Assembly: GCA_046754105.1 (NCBI GenBank)
Contig: JBHHVD010000058.1
Coordinates: 1-21,344, forward strand
DNA from: Candidatus Krumholzibacteriia bacterium
GTDB lineage: Bacteria > Krumholzibacteriota > Krumholzibacteriia > WVZY01
Direction: 5' to 3'
DNA: 21,344 nt
The notes beneath the pieces are model-generated. The model ran no database searches. It was not told where the DNA came from and worked only from the letters and a program-made list of their open reading frames with translations. Numbering within the stretch: position 1 is the first letter of the stretch; each line of letters begins with the position of its first letter. Positions 18,877-21,344 of this stretch are shown here, piece by piece. The translations under genes were made by a program, and so were the position numbers.

Positions 18877-19305
18877 ATGAGGTATTGGCAGTCCGGCGGG
18901 ACCAAACCAAGAAAGAAACGCAAGCCGGCGCCCGGCGCCCGGCGTTCGATCACATCGGGCGGCAGCCTCAGGCACTACCCGTTCCTGAGGAGTTTCTACC
19001 AGCACCAGGCCGTAATCAGCGTCGGCCTGCAGAGGTTCCTTTTCTTTCTCGTTATCGCGAGCATCTTGTACGCGTTTGTACTCGGCGACGCCGGTGTCAT
19101 CCGTGTTCTCACCCTGCGGCACGAAAAAGCGGGGCTCGAAGAGAGCCTCACCATGCTGATGAATGACACCGAGAGGCTGGAAAAAGAAATCGAGCGCCTG
19201 GGGGACGACCCCTTCATGATGGAAAAACTCGGTCGCGAACGCTACGGTTACATCCATCCCGGCGACCGGGTTTTCAAGATCGTCCGCCCCCCAGACCCGA
19301 GGTAG
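18877..19305 (+). CDS. ftsB: Septum formation initiator family protein (FtsB/DivIC-like)
   Basis: One TM helix ending in LGDAG, a coiled coil, and DPFMMEKLGRERYGYIHPGD. The eno-ftsB gene order is conserved in many bacteria. Confidence 0.82.
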   Translation: MRYWQSGGTKPRKKRKPAPGARRSITSGGSLRHYPFLRSFYQHQAVISVGLQRFLFFLVIASILYAFVLGDAGVIRVLTLRHEKAGLEESLTMLMNDTERLEKEIERLGDDPFMMEKLGRERYGYIHPGDRVFKIVRPPDPR

Positions 19306-19416
19306 CACACGTCATCCGACGCGCCACCGGGGCCGCGTAGCCGCGATCGCGTCCGGTGGCTCAGGCGCGTCTCCATTGATCGGCCGCGCCGGCGGCCAAA
19401 AAGTCTCTCTCCATAC

Positions 19417-19447
19417 TTGACATTCACCGGCGGGGGCGGTATACATT
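19417..19447 (+). promoter_or_regulatory. sigma70-type promoter candidate for the tRNA
   Basis: TTGACA at 19417-19422 followed after 17 nt by TATACATT, just upstream of the tRNA 5' end. Confidence 0.55.
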
Positions 19448-19458
19448 AGCCACATTGA

Positions 19459-21344
<1,886 letters not shown>

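Overview
GC-rich bacterial chromosome segment. The FlgD-type C-terminal domain, M6/FG-GAP protein and gene style suggest an FCB-related candidate phylum such as Krumholzibacteriota or Latescibacterota; this is inference only. From left to right the window holds: a partial secreted M6-metalloprotease-like/FG-GAP protein whose HExxH motif is lost; a structured spacer; a sigma54-promoted two-gene operon (FN3 lipoprotein plus DUF4384-like protein with a very basic tail); an unannotated ~260-nt highly structured RNA with its own sigma54 promoter; a 1017-aa TPR-containing sigma54 enhancer-binding protein preceded by a 100-aa exported peptide gene; an NtrC/NtrX-family response regulator; rlmN; a HExxH/FlgD-CTD protein; an Omp85-family protein; an ECF sigma / zinc anti-sigma / bactofilin-like locus with a SigW-type promoter; eno; an ftsB-like gene; an initiator tRNA-Met interrupted by a 350-nt group I intron; and the 3' part of a large serine recombinase that reads antisense through the tRNA. 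The two best leads are (1) a possible peptide-sensing TPR-EBP -> sigma54 sRNA and surface-protein circuit at 2632-9301, and (2) an integrase whose stop codon would be the antisense of the tRNA anticodon loop and is abolished by the intron. All structures and motifs were read by eye; no searches or folding programs were run.
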